In this document: positions 40,930-52,101 of the stretch, in pieces
Numbering within the stretch: position 1 is the first letter of the stretch
Layout: each line of letters begins with the position of its first letter
Source of the DNA: an uncultured delta proteobacterium
Lineage (GTDB): Bacteria > Desulfobacterota > Binatia > UBA9968
Assembly: GCA_963728565.1 (NCBI GenBank)
Contig: CAVSLC010000020.1
Span: 32,001-96,000, forward strand
Length of the DNA stretch: 64,000 nt
Direction of reading: 5' to 3'
Notes under the pieces: model-generated
The model's input: the letters and a program-made list of their open reading frames with translations, nothing else
Databases searched by the model: none
What the model was told of the DNA's origin: nothing
Translations under genes and position numbers: made by a program

Positions 40930-42155
40930 CTCTCGTAAATCGCTTTAGGGATCACACGACAGCCGCGGGCCTGAGCAGAAACAGGGTGAGGACAGCAGCC
41001 GAAAATGGGAAGAATGCGATAAAAATCAACGCCGCAGGCAGGCCATGAAGCATCGGCGACGATCCCGGCGAGAATCGGCGCGAGAAACGATACCCCCATA
41101 TTCGCGCCATAGATAAAAGCGATAATACTGCCGGTCAGATCCTGCGGTGCGGCTTCCATTGCCGCCGATACTATTACCGGTCGCAAAGCCCAGAGGAGCG
41201 CTCCGAGAGCCGCAAGACCGCACCCTAAGACAAACCCCGATGCGAGATACGGAATTGCAGTGATGGCGACTACGCTCAGCATCGAAAAAATAACGATCAG
41301 AAGCTTATGGCCGAAACGATCCGAAAGCCAACCGACCAATGCCGGCGCCGCACCGGCGAAAAGAAATAGGATAGACATATAGGCGCCGGCTGCTGCGGCC
41401 GTGAGCTTTAAGTGCAACAACAAATACAGCGGCAAAAACACCGCCAGAGCGGTTTGGCCCATGGCGCGGAGAGTCGAGACAGCTACGAGGGCGAATACGG
41501 TCTTGTTCTTGACCACATCTTCCCACAACGCCCGACGGTAGTCGCGGCCGCGCGCCACTGTGACATCCCCTTCGCCACCGAAGAACGCATACAGCAACCC
41601 AACCGCCAGGCCTGGAATCGCCCAAATCTGCAGTGTGCTGCGCCAGTCAAAAATATTGAGCAGCAGCCCTATGCTAAGCGGGCCGATAACCTCTCCCAAA
41701 TTCGCGCTGCTGTCGTGCACGCCGAGCGCGAAGGCCCGCTTGTCACGATAGCGGGCGGAAAGTATCGCTATCGATTGCGGATGAAAACCGCCCCCGCCCA
41801 AGCCACTGAGCGCCATGAAGATCATCAACAAGGGAAAACTCGACACCGCGCTCAAGCCGAAAGTCGCCAGTCCGATCATGCCAATGCAAATTCCCAGCAG
41901 GAGATTGCGCCGCCTCGCTAGATCGGCCAAAAAGCCCGACGGAAAGCTAGCCACTCCAGCCATCAAGGTGCGGGCTGAAGCCAACATGCCGGCTTGGGCA
42001 AGGGTTAGCCCCAGAGACGCAGTGATCAGCGGCAGGATGACGGCAATAACTCCGTTGAAGAGATGTTCGGTTAGATGAGCGCTCGAGTTAGCCGCCAATC
42101 GGCCCCAATGACTTAACGGATTGCTCAATACTTGCGCAGTTTCGGCTTTCGACAC
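40926..42155 (-). CDS. MFS transporter (probable frameshift near the 3' end, ~41040)
   Basis: About 11-12 TMs, GFLADL.RRR, GWLSDRFG motif A, FHP. Confidence 0.88.
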   Translation of the reverse strand: MSKAETAQVLSNPLSHWGRLAANSSAHLTEHLFNGVIAVILPLITASLGLTLAQAGMLASARTLMAGVASFPSGFLADLARRRNLLLGICIGMIGLATFGLSAVSSFPLLMIFMALSGLGGGGFHPQSIAILSARYRDKRAFALGVHDSSANLGEVIGPLSIGLLLNIFDWRSTLQIWAIPGLAVGLLYAFFGGEGDVTVARGRDYRRALWEDVVKNKTVFALVAVSTLRAMGQTALAVFLPLYLLLHLKLTAAAAGAYMSILFLFAGAAPALVGWLSDRFGHKLLIVIFSMLSVVAITAIPYLASGFVLGCGLAALGALLWALRPVIVSAAMEAAPQDLTGSIIAFIYGANMGVSFLAPILAGIVADASWPACGVDFYRILPIFGCCPHPVSAQARGCRVIPKAIYER

Positions 42156-42223
42156 TTTTCGTCCTTTAAAAGTTTAATGCTTCCAATAAGCTGATTTTCC
42201 GCGGAGCGCAAACTCACCGTGGG

Positions 42224-42448
42224 TTAGTCGATCTCGACCAGCTTTTTTCGGGAAGATTGACCGCGAAGAACTCTCAAGGATGATTTAGGAACGGAGAAAT
42301 ATTTCGCCAGCAGTTCGACAACCTCTCGGTTGGCCTTTCCTGCCACAGGCGCGGCATGTACCGAGACTTGATACTCCTGCTGGGAGATTTTTACGATGTT
42401 TTCTTTCCGAGCTTGCGTTTTTACCTGAACAGAAATCCGAAACGACAT
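42224..42448 (-). CDS. DUF167/YggU family protein
   Basis: V.AAPVAGKAN.EV..LLAKYF.VPKS.....G..SR.K. Confidence 0.9.
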   Translation of the reverse strand: MSFRISVQVKTQARKENIVKISQQEYQVSVHAAPVAGKANREVVELLAKYFSVPKSSLRVLRGQSSRKKLVEID

Positions 42449-42590
42449 GGCAGTACGATAACGTATGTGGTTTCACAGGATCAAACCCAATCCACTGGCA
42501 GCGAAGTCAGCATCAGAAAGACTGTGATTGGACAACCCAAATTGGATCGGATAAGTCATAACGTTAAAAATAACGACGCGGAGGAAAAGC

Positions 42591-43652
42591 GTGACCCTGA
42601 TTCTCAGCAATGATGACATTCAGAAAGCGTTGACGATTAAGGAAAGCCTTGCCGTGATGGAAGAATCTTATCGTGAACAGGCTGCCAGCCGCGCCGTCAA
42701 CCGCCCCACTTGCCACTCATATTTGCCCCACTCGCTGCCCAATTCGACTTACAGTTTTAAATCGGTGGACGGCGGCGTTGGCAAGTATGGCGTTCTGGCT
42801 TTGCGGGTTACCTCGGATATCGTCCAGGAGCAAACGATCAACAACACTGTTCGGTTGGAAAAGATTCCACTCGCCGGCAAAGGTTTGTTTCTCGGACTGG
42901 TGCAACTCTTCAGCGCGCAAACGGGCGAGCTTTTAGCGATCATGCCGGACGGCTTTATTCAGCAGACCCGTGTCGGCGTCACCAGCGCACTGGCGATGAA
43001 ATTCATGGCGCGCAAAGATTCTAAAACACTCGGATTAATCGGATCGGGCGGGCAGGCGCGCGCGCATTACCGTTATATGACCGCCATACTGCCGATTGAA
43101 AAAGTAAAAGTCTTTAGCCCCAACCCCGAACACTGCAGAACGTTCACTGAACAAATGTCCAAAGAAACCGGCATTGCCGGCGAACCGGTTAACAGCCCTG
43201 AAGAAGCCGTGAAAGGCTGCGACATCCTATGCAGCGCGACCAATTCCTCCCGACCGGTGGTGAAAGTCGAATGGCTCGCCCCCGGCATGCACTACAACTC
43301 AATTCGTGAATTCGAGACAGACATTGGCGCTTTGGAAAAATGCGACGTGGTGGCCATCCATACACAATTCGGCGGCATTTATCATTACCAACCGCCCGGC
43401 ATCGTCGAGGATATGCCAGGTGTGCGCCGCGAAAAGCCGCGCGATTGGTCGCGCTACCCGGAAATTTGCGACATCGTCGCAGGGAAAGTCATTGGCAGAA
43501 ACAACGACCAGCAGATCACATTCTTTTTAAATAACGTCGGCACCGGGGTTCAATTTGCCGCCATGGGCTACTGCGCATTCAAGGCGGCAAAGGAGCAAGG
43601 CTTAGGTCATGAGATCCCCTCGGAGTGGTTCCTGCAAGACATCAAACCGTAG
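42591..43652 (+). CDS. Ornithine cyclodeaminase/mu-crystallin family protein (paralog)
   Basis: MTLILSND start shared with the 39844 gene, GLIGSGGQA, GTGVQF. Confidence 0.88.
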   Translation: MTLILSNDDIQKALTIKESLAVMEESYREQAASRAVNRPTCHSYLPHSLPNSTYSFKSVDGGVGKYGVLALRVTSDIVQEQTINNTVRLEKIPLAGKGLFLGLVQLFSAQTGELLAIMPDGFIQQTRVGVTSALAMKFMARKDSKTLGLIGSGGQARAHYRYMTAILPIEKVKVFSPNPEHCRTFTEQMSKETGIAGEPVNSPEEAVKGCDILCSATNSSRPVVKVEWLAPGMHYNSIREFETDIGALEKCDVVAIHTQFGGIYHYQPPGIVEDMPGVRREKPRDWSRYPEICDIVAGKVIGRNNDQQITFFLNNVGTGVQFAAMGYCAFKAAKEQGLGHEIPSEWFLQDIKP

Positions 43653-43658
43653 CGCCTA

Positions 43659-43782
43659 CAGGCTGCTGAAAAAGCCTCATATGCTTTGTTGCGCTCGCCC
43701 GACTCGCTTCAACGTACTGAAGCGTACGCCTCAGCTCGTCGAACTTCGCGCGCCTTGCTTCTGAGTCTTTTTGAGCAGCCTG
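43659..43782 (-). repeat. Palindromic dispersed element, copy 3 (inverted), followed by a partial extra terminus to ~43809
   Basis: Reverse complement reads CAGGCTGCTCAAAAAG...GGCGTAC..GTACGTT...CTTTTTCAGCAGCCTG. Confidence 0.85.
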
Positions 43783-43835
43783 GAATCAGAGTTCTTCAGC
43801 ACACTGCTAAGCATCTGGCCGGCCGTTGACTAAGC

Positions 43836-45144
43836 TTATTCCTGTGAGCGGCCAATCAGTGGACGGATGCCGACGACACTGAAGAGAAGTTCCCTGGTGG
43901 ATGCCTTCTGCGTCGGTCTAACCTCGCGAAAGGAACGCGCGAGCAGCAGGTAAAAACCTAGCCTGCAGAAGCACGAAACAGCAAAAAGGCTGAGCAAGCC
44001 GTAACCTAGCAGTGGCGGCAGCTGGGAGCCGAGAAAACCGCCGAGAGCGGAGCCAAGAAAAAGCGCGGCGCCATTGATAACGTTGAAGTACGCAATGCAA
44101 CGGACGCGTTTTTGTGGCGTCACGGCGTCGTAGATAAAGTTGGCGGCGCTTAGTGTAACCCCGCTCCAGGCAAACCCGCCCCAGATTTGAACCAGCATCA
44201 GGTACGCAGGGTCGTGGGAAATGAGCCAAAAGGCGGGAATGAGCGCGGCGAGGAAACGAACTCAGCCGCAGCACACGGACGTTGCCGACGAGGTCCGCAT
44301 GTCTTCCCCAGAGCGGCAGCGCCACGAGCGAAGCAAATGAGGAACAGACCTGGAGACCCATATAGGTCAAGTAACTAAATTGCAGGTCGCGCAGCATGAA
44401 GACGGCGAAAAACGGCGCCGATAAGTAAGTCGCAAACGTCAGGCAGGCGCTGAAGACCACGAATCTCAAAAAGTTGCTTTGCCTGAATCGAGCGATGAAC
44501 ATCAAGAACGTAAAATCGCTTGCGGGATCGCTTCTATGCGGCGGCTCATCCATGCGGCTGATGAAATAACCTGACGCGAAGCGGGCCAGTGCTGCCGAAC
44601 CGAATAAGAGACAAAACCCGGCGCTGTAAGATATTTCACCGAATGAATATAGGACCAAGCCCGATATGATGATGCTGGCTAAGGTCACTGCACCAACCGT
44701 CCGATTGCGCCAGCCAAAGTATCGGCCTCTTTTACTCGAGGGAATGTAATCGGTGATTAAGCTACCCCACGCCGGCCCGGCCAAGCCGCCGCATACCGCG
44801 ATCAGGATCAGTAGAGCGGTCAATAACTCCACCCGTTGCGCGGTGTCGAGCCAGGGCAGAATGGCGATGCAAAGAATCAACGAAGCTTGACATAAGACTA
44901 AACGCACCAGCAATTTAAGCCTGCCGCCAATCCAATGAATTACGCGGACTGCAAGGAACTGCGAGACGGATGCGAGCAGATGGGGCAGCGCGCTGATCAA
45001 ACCCACCTGTTGAACCGTGGCGCCTAAGAAAAGCGCCAGAGGGGTTGCGTAATGTTCGGTGATCCCGGCCATGAAGGCGGCAAAGATCCCGTCTTTAAAT
45101 GACGATCGGAGGCTCTCTCTAACGTCGACCCTTTTTCCTCTCAT
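43836..45144 (-). CDS. MFS transporter (frameshift near 44255)
   Basis: SFKDGIF, W.SLITDYIP..KRGRYFG.RN, WGRHADLVGN; C-terminal part in ORF 43836-44198. Confidence 0.85.
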
Positions 45145-45588
45145 TTTAGGTAGAAAAAGGATGAGGTATTTTCGGGGAAATTGCCAGCTGGGAATGAGCG
45201 CCAGGTTATTTACAACTTCTGGAAACTGGATTTACAATACGATGTCGCGCGGCTGATTCAGCTTGCTTTCAAACAGCCCGAAAACAGAGAGCTAACCCGG
45301 ATCCGATAGACAGTCACCGCTCAACTAATGGCAGTGACCGGGTGATCACCGCCGCCCAAGAAACGTACGTTCAGTGCCCAGGATCCAGCTTCTGTAAGAC
45401 AGTCGCCAGTTTTATCGGATTAGGGCTAATTATGGCACGGAAGGTTATCACCGAGACCAAGAACGATCAGCCCGAGTCAAACGCGCCGTCATGCTTGTCC
45501 CTTATCCACTGCCGCTGTTCGTCCAGCGGTGGATAATGTTACAGATTGCGAGCGCAGCTAAGCGAATGATCAGCAAGCGCCGGGCATT

Positions 45589-48500
45589 ATGAAGATTCGT
45601 TCGCACCTACTCTTTCTTGTACTCGGCACCCTCCTTCCAATCCTGGCTTTTTCCGCCGCGATGACCGCGGTCTTTTGGCGTGAACAACGTCAAGCTCTCG
45701 AGCAGCGCTTTGTCGACCGCGTGCGAGGAATGACCATCGCGCTGGATCGAGAGATCGATGGCAACATTCGTTCGCTCCAGATGCTGGCCGAATCACCACA
45801 TCTCCAATCCAATGATCTACTTAGCTTCCACGAACAGATCATGCGCGCTCGCTCGACGCAGAGTACTTGGGCAAATATTATCTTGAGTGATCCGGTCTCG
45901 GGTAGGCAGGTGATCAATCTTCGATATCCCTTCGGCAAGCCGCTGCCGGAAAACGTTGATAGACAAAAGCACACTTGCGTCAGTGGTAAAATCAGGGCGT
46001 CCATTTGTAGCGCCAATTTCGCAGGTACGCGTAGGTGGAAACTACATGACAACAATTGTAGTTCCAGCCAAAACAGGCAACGGGCGCCCCTATACATTGA
46101 TGGCCGTCATTGATCCGTCGAGCTGGTTACATTTTTTGTCTAACTACCCAGTTGCCACCGATGCAACACTGACTTTACTGGACCAAAACGGCATCATCAT
46201 CGCGCGCACACTGAATTCTGAACGATGGGTCGGTCAACTTCCCGCAGAGGGGCTGACGGTCGAAGCGCGCAAGGCGCCTGAAGGCTCATCGATAACTCAA
46301 GGATTAGAGGGACAATGGTTCTATACGGCGCATAGCCGCTCGAAGCTCGCAGGGTGGACCTTGGCTTCAGGCGTTCCCAAGGAAGGCGTTGAAGCCGCGC
46401 TGCGTCAATCGGTGCTGCTGATGGTTGCCGGAGTCGCGGCAACTGCGATCTTAGCGATCACGCTTGCTGGCGTCTTCGGCAGACGGATCGCTCGGCCTAT
46501 TTCTGAGCTGGCGCACTCCGCTCAGGCTTTGGCCACCGGCGAGCGCGTGAATGCTCATGGAGCCACCGAAGTTGCGGAGGTCGACGATGTTCGGGCTGCG
46601 TTCTCCTCGGCTGCGGACCGGTTGCGGGCTAAAGATTCAGCGCTCCGGGACAGCGAGGAGCGTTTTCGCAGCATGGCCGATACAGCGCCCGTGCTACTCT
46701 GGTTATCGGATGTCGATCAACAATGCACATATATCAATAAGCCCTGGCTCCATTTCACTGGTCGCACACTTGAACAAGAGCTGGGCGCGGGCTGGATGGA
46801 GAGCATTTACCCTGAAGATCGCCCGCGGTGTCTTGAAACGTATCGGACATCCTTTCATCGCCGCGAGCGCCTCGAAATGGAATACCGGCTGCGACGCTCC
46901 GACGGTGAGTACCGCTGGGTCTTGAATCGTGGTGCGCCGCGAGTGACCGACAATGGCGAGTTCATCGGTTATGTTGGCTCCTGCGTCGACATTACCGAAC
47001 GTAAACGAGTTGAGGAATCTCTGCGTGAAAGCGAGGCGCGCCTGCGGCTCGCGATGCGAACCGGCAAAGTCGGTGTCTGGGATTGGGACATTTTGGCCAA
47101 CCGAGTGGTGTGGACCGAATCTCTCTATGCGATTCACGGCGTGAGACCGGATGAGTTCGTTACCACCATCGAAGCGTTTGCCACGCTGCTCCACCCCGAG
47201 GACCGTGATCTGGTTTTGCACAGCCTTCAACGCGCTCTGGAGCACGATGCCCCCTATGAGCTCGAGTTCCGCGCGAATTCGACCGGATGGGCAGATCATA
47301 TGGCTGTTTACCAACGCGATGATATTGCGAAACGGCGGCGAACCGTTCCGTATGCTCGGCGCCACTATGGATATCACGCAGCGCAAACTGGCCGAAGAGA
47401 CAGTGCTCAGGCTACTTCATATTAGCGAACGACTTAACTCCACGCTCGATGTCGATACGCTGCTCGATGTTTTAGTTGGCGAGGCGATCCGGATTGTTGA
47501 CGGCGAGAGCGGCGTTTCCGGCCTTTATACCCCGGAGGGAATGGTTTGCCGCAAGTATTTACACAAAGGCAAACCGGTCCCATTCGATTATTGCTGGCGC
47601 CCAGCAGAAGGATTGCCGGGGCACATCATCAACGGAGAAACTGCCTTACCTGACCAATGAGGCCAATGCGGACCCAAGGACCGCGCAAGAGTTCTACGCT
47701 CGTTTTGAAGTCCGCAATGCCCTATCGATACCGATCCTGAATTTTCAGCGCGAGCTCATCGGCTTCTTCGAGATCCATAACAAAAACAGCGCCGGCGGAT
47801 TTACGGATCTGGACAAACGCACCCTGGTGGCGATCTCGGAGGCTGCTGCCACAGCGATCCAGAACAGCTTGGCTTACCGAAGAGTGCAGGAAGCCGAGGA
47901 ATCTTTGCGTGACGTCGATCGACGTAAGGATGAGTACTTGGCGATGCTGGGGCATGAGCTACGTAACCCGCTTGGAGTCATAAGCATGAGCGCACAGTTA
48001 CTGCGCGGGCAAGAGCCGTCATCGCCGGAATTGGCCGAGCTCCGCGATATTGTGGACCGTCAGGTGGAACATATGACCCGGCTGCTTGATGATTTACTTG
48101 ACGTATCACGAATCTCTCGCGGCCAAATGAAACTCAACCAAACTTTCTGTGATTTTTCCTCGCTTGTCCGGCAAACCATGCAGGATTATCGCTCCAAGCT
48201 CGAAACCAACGAGCTGCATCTCAAGATGGATATACCTGACCGGCCACTGTGGGTGATGGGAGATCGGACCAGGTTGGCGCAAACCATCAGCAATATCCTG
48301 CATAACGCGGACAAATTCACCGGCGCCGGCGGAACCATAACCGTTGCGCTTGAGGAGGAAGCTGCCGCCAAACAGGTTATCCTCACGGTGCGTGACACGG
48401 GCATCGGCATGGAACCAAAACTCCTGGCGCGCGTTTTTGAGCCATTCATTCAGGGCGATCACGGTATCGATCGGCGACCCGGAGGACTTGGACTGGGATT

Positions 48501-49076
48501 GCCGCTGGTCAAGGGTTTGATCGAGCTGCACGGCGGCCAGGTACGCGCTGCAAGCGCGGGCCGGGGCACGGATTCCAGATCACCATCCGGCTGCCGCTCC
48601 GAGATCAAGCCGCGCCTACAGCAAGACGGCTGAGCTCCGCCCCTGTTCACGCGAGCGCCTGCCGCATCCTGGTGATCGAAGACAACAGAGCGGCATCAAG
48701 AACAATGAACCTGTACCTGACCCATCAAGGCCATACTGTGCAAGCGGCGCACACCGGGCGCGAAGGTATTCAAGCCGCACGACGGTTCCAGCCTGATGTC
48801 ATACTCTGCGATATCGGCCTGCCGGAATTTGACGGTTACAAAGTTGCCCGGCAAGTGCGGCAAGAGCCGGAACTCAATCGCGTGTATCTGATCGGAATTT
48901 CAGGCTACGGACAGGAACACGATAAGGAGCGCGCCTGGCAGGCCGGCTTCAACGCCTATCTGGTAAAGCCTGTTGATATGTCGGAGCTCGAAACCTTGCT
49001 GGCGAAATTTCAAACCGACGCGGGGTATACGCGGCATGATGTGATTTGCACATCCAGCGCTGTTTGGGGCGGGTAG
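45589..49076 (+). CDS. Hybrid sensor kinase (Cache-HAMP-PAS-PAS-GAF-HisKA-HATPase-REC), split by several frameshifts
   Basis: Consecutive ORFs carry PAS (EYRLRR.DGEYRW), GAF, LAMLGHELRNPL, NADKFT, DTGIGM, GLGLGL and REC (ILCDIGLP). Confidence 0.85.
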
Positions 49077-49285
49077 AACCTTCGCGTTATCAACACTGGT
49101 CTTGTCACTTCTGGCCAAACAGTCGCTCTTCCCTGGTAGGTTACGACAGGAAAACGTCAGACGCTCGCGTCACTTTAAAGTTTTGCCTATTACTTTCCTG
49201 CTCCCCTATTGAATCCATATCCAGAGCCGTCAGTATTGAAAAAGAGACAAAGGGGCGTCTTCCGTTCAAAGAGACCGTCAGAGTC

Positions 49286-50208
49286 GTGAATCAGCCTTTT
49301 CTAATCGGAACCTCAGGTTATTCATACCCTGGACCACCGCCCAAGGGCTGGCTCGGTGCGTTTTATCCGGAGCCAAAACCCAAACGCTTCGATGAACTCC
49401 GATTACTATTCGCAGATATTTAATACAGTGGAGATCAATTCGACGTTTTACCGGCCTCCCTCGACCAGCACTACTACAGCATGGGTGAAAAAGACTTCAT
49501 CCGACTTCAGCTTTGCCGTAAAGCTGTGGCAGAAGTTTACGCATCCGGTAAAGATTGGACGAAATAAGTCGGATGAAAAATGGCAGCCTCCGACGCAGGA
49601 CGATGTCGATCAATTCCGCACCGGTCTTGAACCCATCGCCGAGGCGGGTAAGCTCGGTGCGCTTCTGCTGCAATATCCCGCGAGCTTTCACTGCACGCCC
49701 GAGAACATGGAGCGAGTCGAGAGAACGCTACAACTATTCTACGATTATCCGAAAGTGGTCGAGCTTCGGCACAATACTTGGACTGAGCAAAGCGCCCAGA
49801 CAAAAATCTTGTTGGAAGGCAATAGAGCCAGCAGCGTCCTCATCGACGAGCCTAAATTTTCATCCTCCATACGCCAGGGCATCGAGACGATTGGCGAAAT
49901 CTTTTACTTCCGCGCTCATGGTCGCAACGCCAAGGCCTGGTGGAGGCCCAAGGAGTCATGGGAGCGATACGACTATTTATATTCCCGCCAGGAAATCAAA
50001 AAGATCGCCGAACGGATCGATAAGCGCGACAAGTGCGCCGGGGATAAAAAAGGGGTTTGCATTTTTCAATAATCATGCCCGCGCCAACGCCGCCGCTAAT
50101 GCCATCATGCTGTCCCAGGAACTCGGGTTACGCCCAAAAGCGATGCCCAGTGAAGCAATGATCGCTAAGTTTCCTGAAATTGTAAATGTTGAGCCGTCAT
50201 CTACTTGA
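49286..50208 (+). CDS. DUF72 family protein (two apparent frameshifts)
   Basis: IGTSGYSY, FNTVEINSTFY, LLQYP, YFRAHGRN, YDYLYS, FFNNH. Confidence 0.88.
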
Positions 50209-50466
50209 TCGATGCGCATGCCGGCGGGTGTTTAGCTTACGAGCGGGCCGATAAGAGGTCGCGCTAGAAATCAACATGACGGCTAACAATAAGAATTCAA
50301 ACCTGCTGCGTCTCACCTCGTGAAAAATTCGCGCGCTGGAGCATGGTTCCAGAAGTTAGACGAATCGACGGCAAAGAGTTCACAGGTGATTAGTACACCT
50401 TCGAAAGATCGGCTTCGTTTAATGGTATTTCCGTTTCTCTGCACCCGCGGCGTTCATCAATCGGCG

Positions 50467-51540
50467 TTACAGCCGCGGTGTCTTGACCATCACGCTCGAA
50501 TCGATGCTCGCGATGGTCGGCCGGCCGCATTTCGCCATGGTAATTTCCATCTCTTCCCGAAGTATATCCAACACTCGCACGACTCCCTGCTCGCCATCGA
50601 CCGCGAGACCCCAAAATAGCGGACGGCCAATGAACACCGCCTTCGCTCCTAAGGCCAGGGCTTTCACCACATCGGCGCCTCGCCTGATGCCGCCGTCGAG
50701 AGAAATTTCTAGCTTTCCCTTCGCGGCGACAACAGCTTCAGAGACGACTTCCACCGGTGCCAGAGTATTGTCCAGATGCCGGCCGCCGTGATTAGACACG
50801 ATCACCCCGTCGATTCCTATTTCCGCGCACAACTCGACGTCCTCGCCTGTCATGATGCCTTTGGCAACAACCGGCAGGTTGGTTTGCGATTTGATCCATT
50901 CCAAGTCTTTCCAAGTGGCGGCCGGATCCGATCCTCCTTCGGCGCCGGCAGGCCGCGGCGCACTGCCCGGCGCTAAAGATTGTGCCGGATAGTTAACGCC
51001 CCGGGTTCGCCGATAGTTGTTGCGAATATTTCGCTCCCGCTTGGGCGGCCACTGAGAATCCAAAGTGACACAGATTGCTTCATAGCCCGCTTCTTTAGCG
51101 CGATCGAGCCAGCTTTTGGTCAGGCTCCGATCACGAAATGGATAGAGCTGCAGCCACAGATGGCCGGAGGCCGCTTTGGCCAATTCTTCAAAGGATGAGT
51201 TTGAATTGGCGCTGACCACCATGATCGTGCCCCGGGCCGCCGCGGCCCGATAGGTCGCGAATTCGCCCTCCGGATGAGCCTTTTTATGACCGCCGCACGG
51301 CGCGATCAGCACCGGCAGGCTCACCTTGGTTCCGAGCACGGTAGTCGAAAGGTCAAGCGCGCTCACATTGCGCAACACCCGCGGGCGCAGCGCCCAAGAT
51401 CCGAAGGCGCGGCGATTTCGTTCAACGCTGATCTCATCCGTGGCACCGCCGGCGATATAGTCGTATTCGCCTTTTGGCAGGCGCTCCTTGGCAATCGCTT
51501 CGAAATCAAAAAGGTTGATCGGCATCGAACTGGTGCTCAT
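50467..51540 (-). CDS. FMN-dependent alpha-hydroxy acid oxidase
   Basis: YDYIAGGA, WLQLY, VAKGI, VSNHGGR, DGGIRRGAD, GRP. Confidence 0.93.
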   Translation of the reverse strand: MSTSSMPINLFDFEAIAKERLPKGEYDYIAGGATDEISVERNRRAFGSWALRPRVLRNVSALDLSTTVLGTKVSLPVLIAPCGGHKKAHPEGEFATYRAAAARGTIMVVSANSNSSFEELAKAASGHLWLQLYPFRDRSLTKSWLDRAKEAGYEAICVTLDSQWPPKRERNIRNNYRRTRGVNYPAQSLAPGSAPRPAGAEGGSDPAATWKDLEWIKSQTNLPVVAKGIMTGEDVELCAEIGIDGVIVSNHGGRHLDNTLAPVEVVSEAVVAAKGKLEISLDGGIRRGADVVKALALGAKAVFIGRPLFWGLAVDGEQGVVRVLDILREEMEITMAKCGRPTIASIDSSVMVKTPRL

Positions 51541-51646
51541 CTTATCCCTCCCACAATAAACTCTGGCTTTTGGCGGACGATTGATTAAAAATGGAGCGTG
51601 AGGCTCGACGGGGTCTCTCAAGCTGCGAGCTGATTTATTTAATCGG

Positions 51647-51898
51647 CTATTGTTTAGCTTTTAGTTGTCGGTCATTGTCTTTGAGAAAGGATCGGATCTC
51701 CTCGGCATGGTCAAGGAGCCTGACCCACTGCTCCTTGTAAAGGGTCACCGGAAACCTGCCGAGCCCGTACAGCGATAGGCCGCCTTTTTCGCTGACCTTC
51801 AGCCGCAACTGACCGGGCTTTCGCTCCACCTGTTGGCGCAGCGCCCGATTTTCCGCCTCGAGCCGCTCGAGCTTCTGCTCAGCCGTTTCTTCTGCCAT
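51647..51898 (-). CDS. Small conserved hypothetical protein
   Basis: RBS ggagga; coiled coil plus LKVSEKGGLSLYGLGRFPVTLYKEQW. Confidence 0.8.
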   Translation of the reverse strand: MAEETAEQKLERLEAENRALRQQVERKPGQLRLKVSEKGGLSLYGLGRFPVTLYKEQWVRLLDHAEEIRSFLKDNDRQLKAKQ

Positions 51899-52101
51899 AA
51901 TTCCTCCGATACTTTTAGGGCTGTATGTGAAACCCTTTACGCTACTTACACCGCTCACAGGACAGCTGCGCGTTCTCAGGACAATTTCTTATCGCAAAGC
52001 GCCGGAGAACGCGAGATCGAAGTCTCACTTCGTGCTGTAAAACCCGCAACGCGGCTGACCTGAGAATTTGTTCGGGACGATTGAAAATAAGGAATCAGAC
52101 C

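Noticed and set aside
45433-45450. TGGCACGG as a sigma54 promoter
   Set aside because: No GC at the -12 position.
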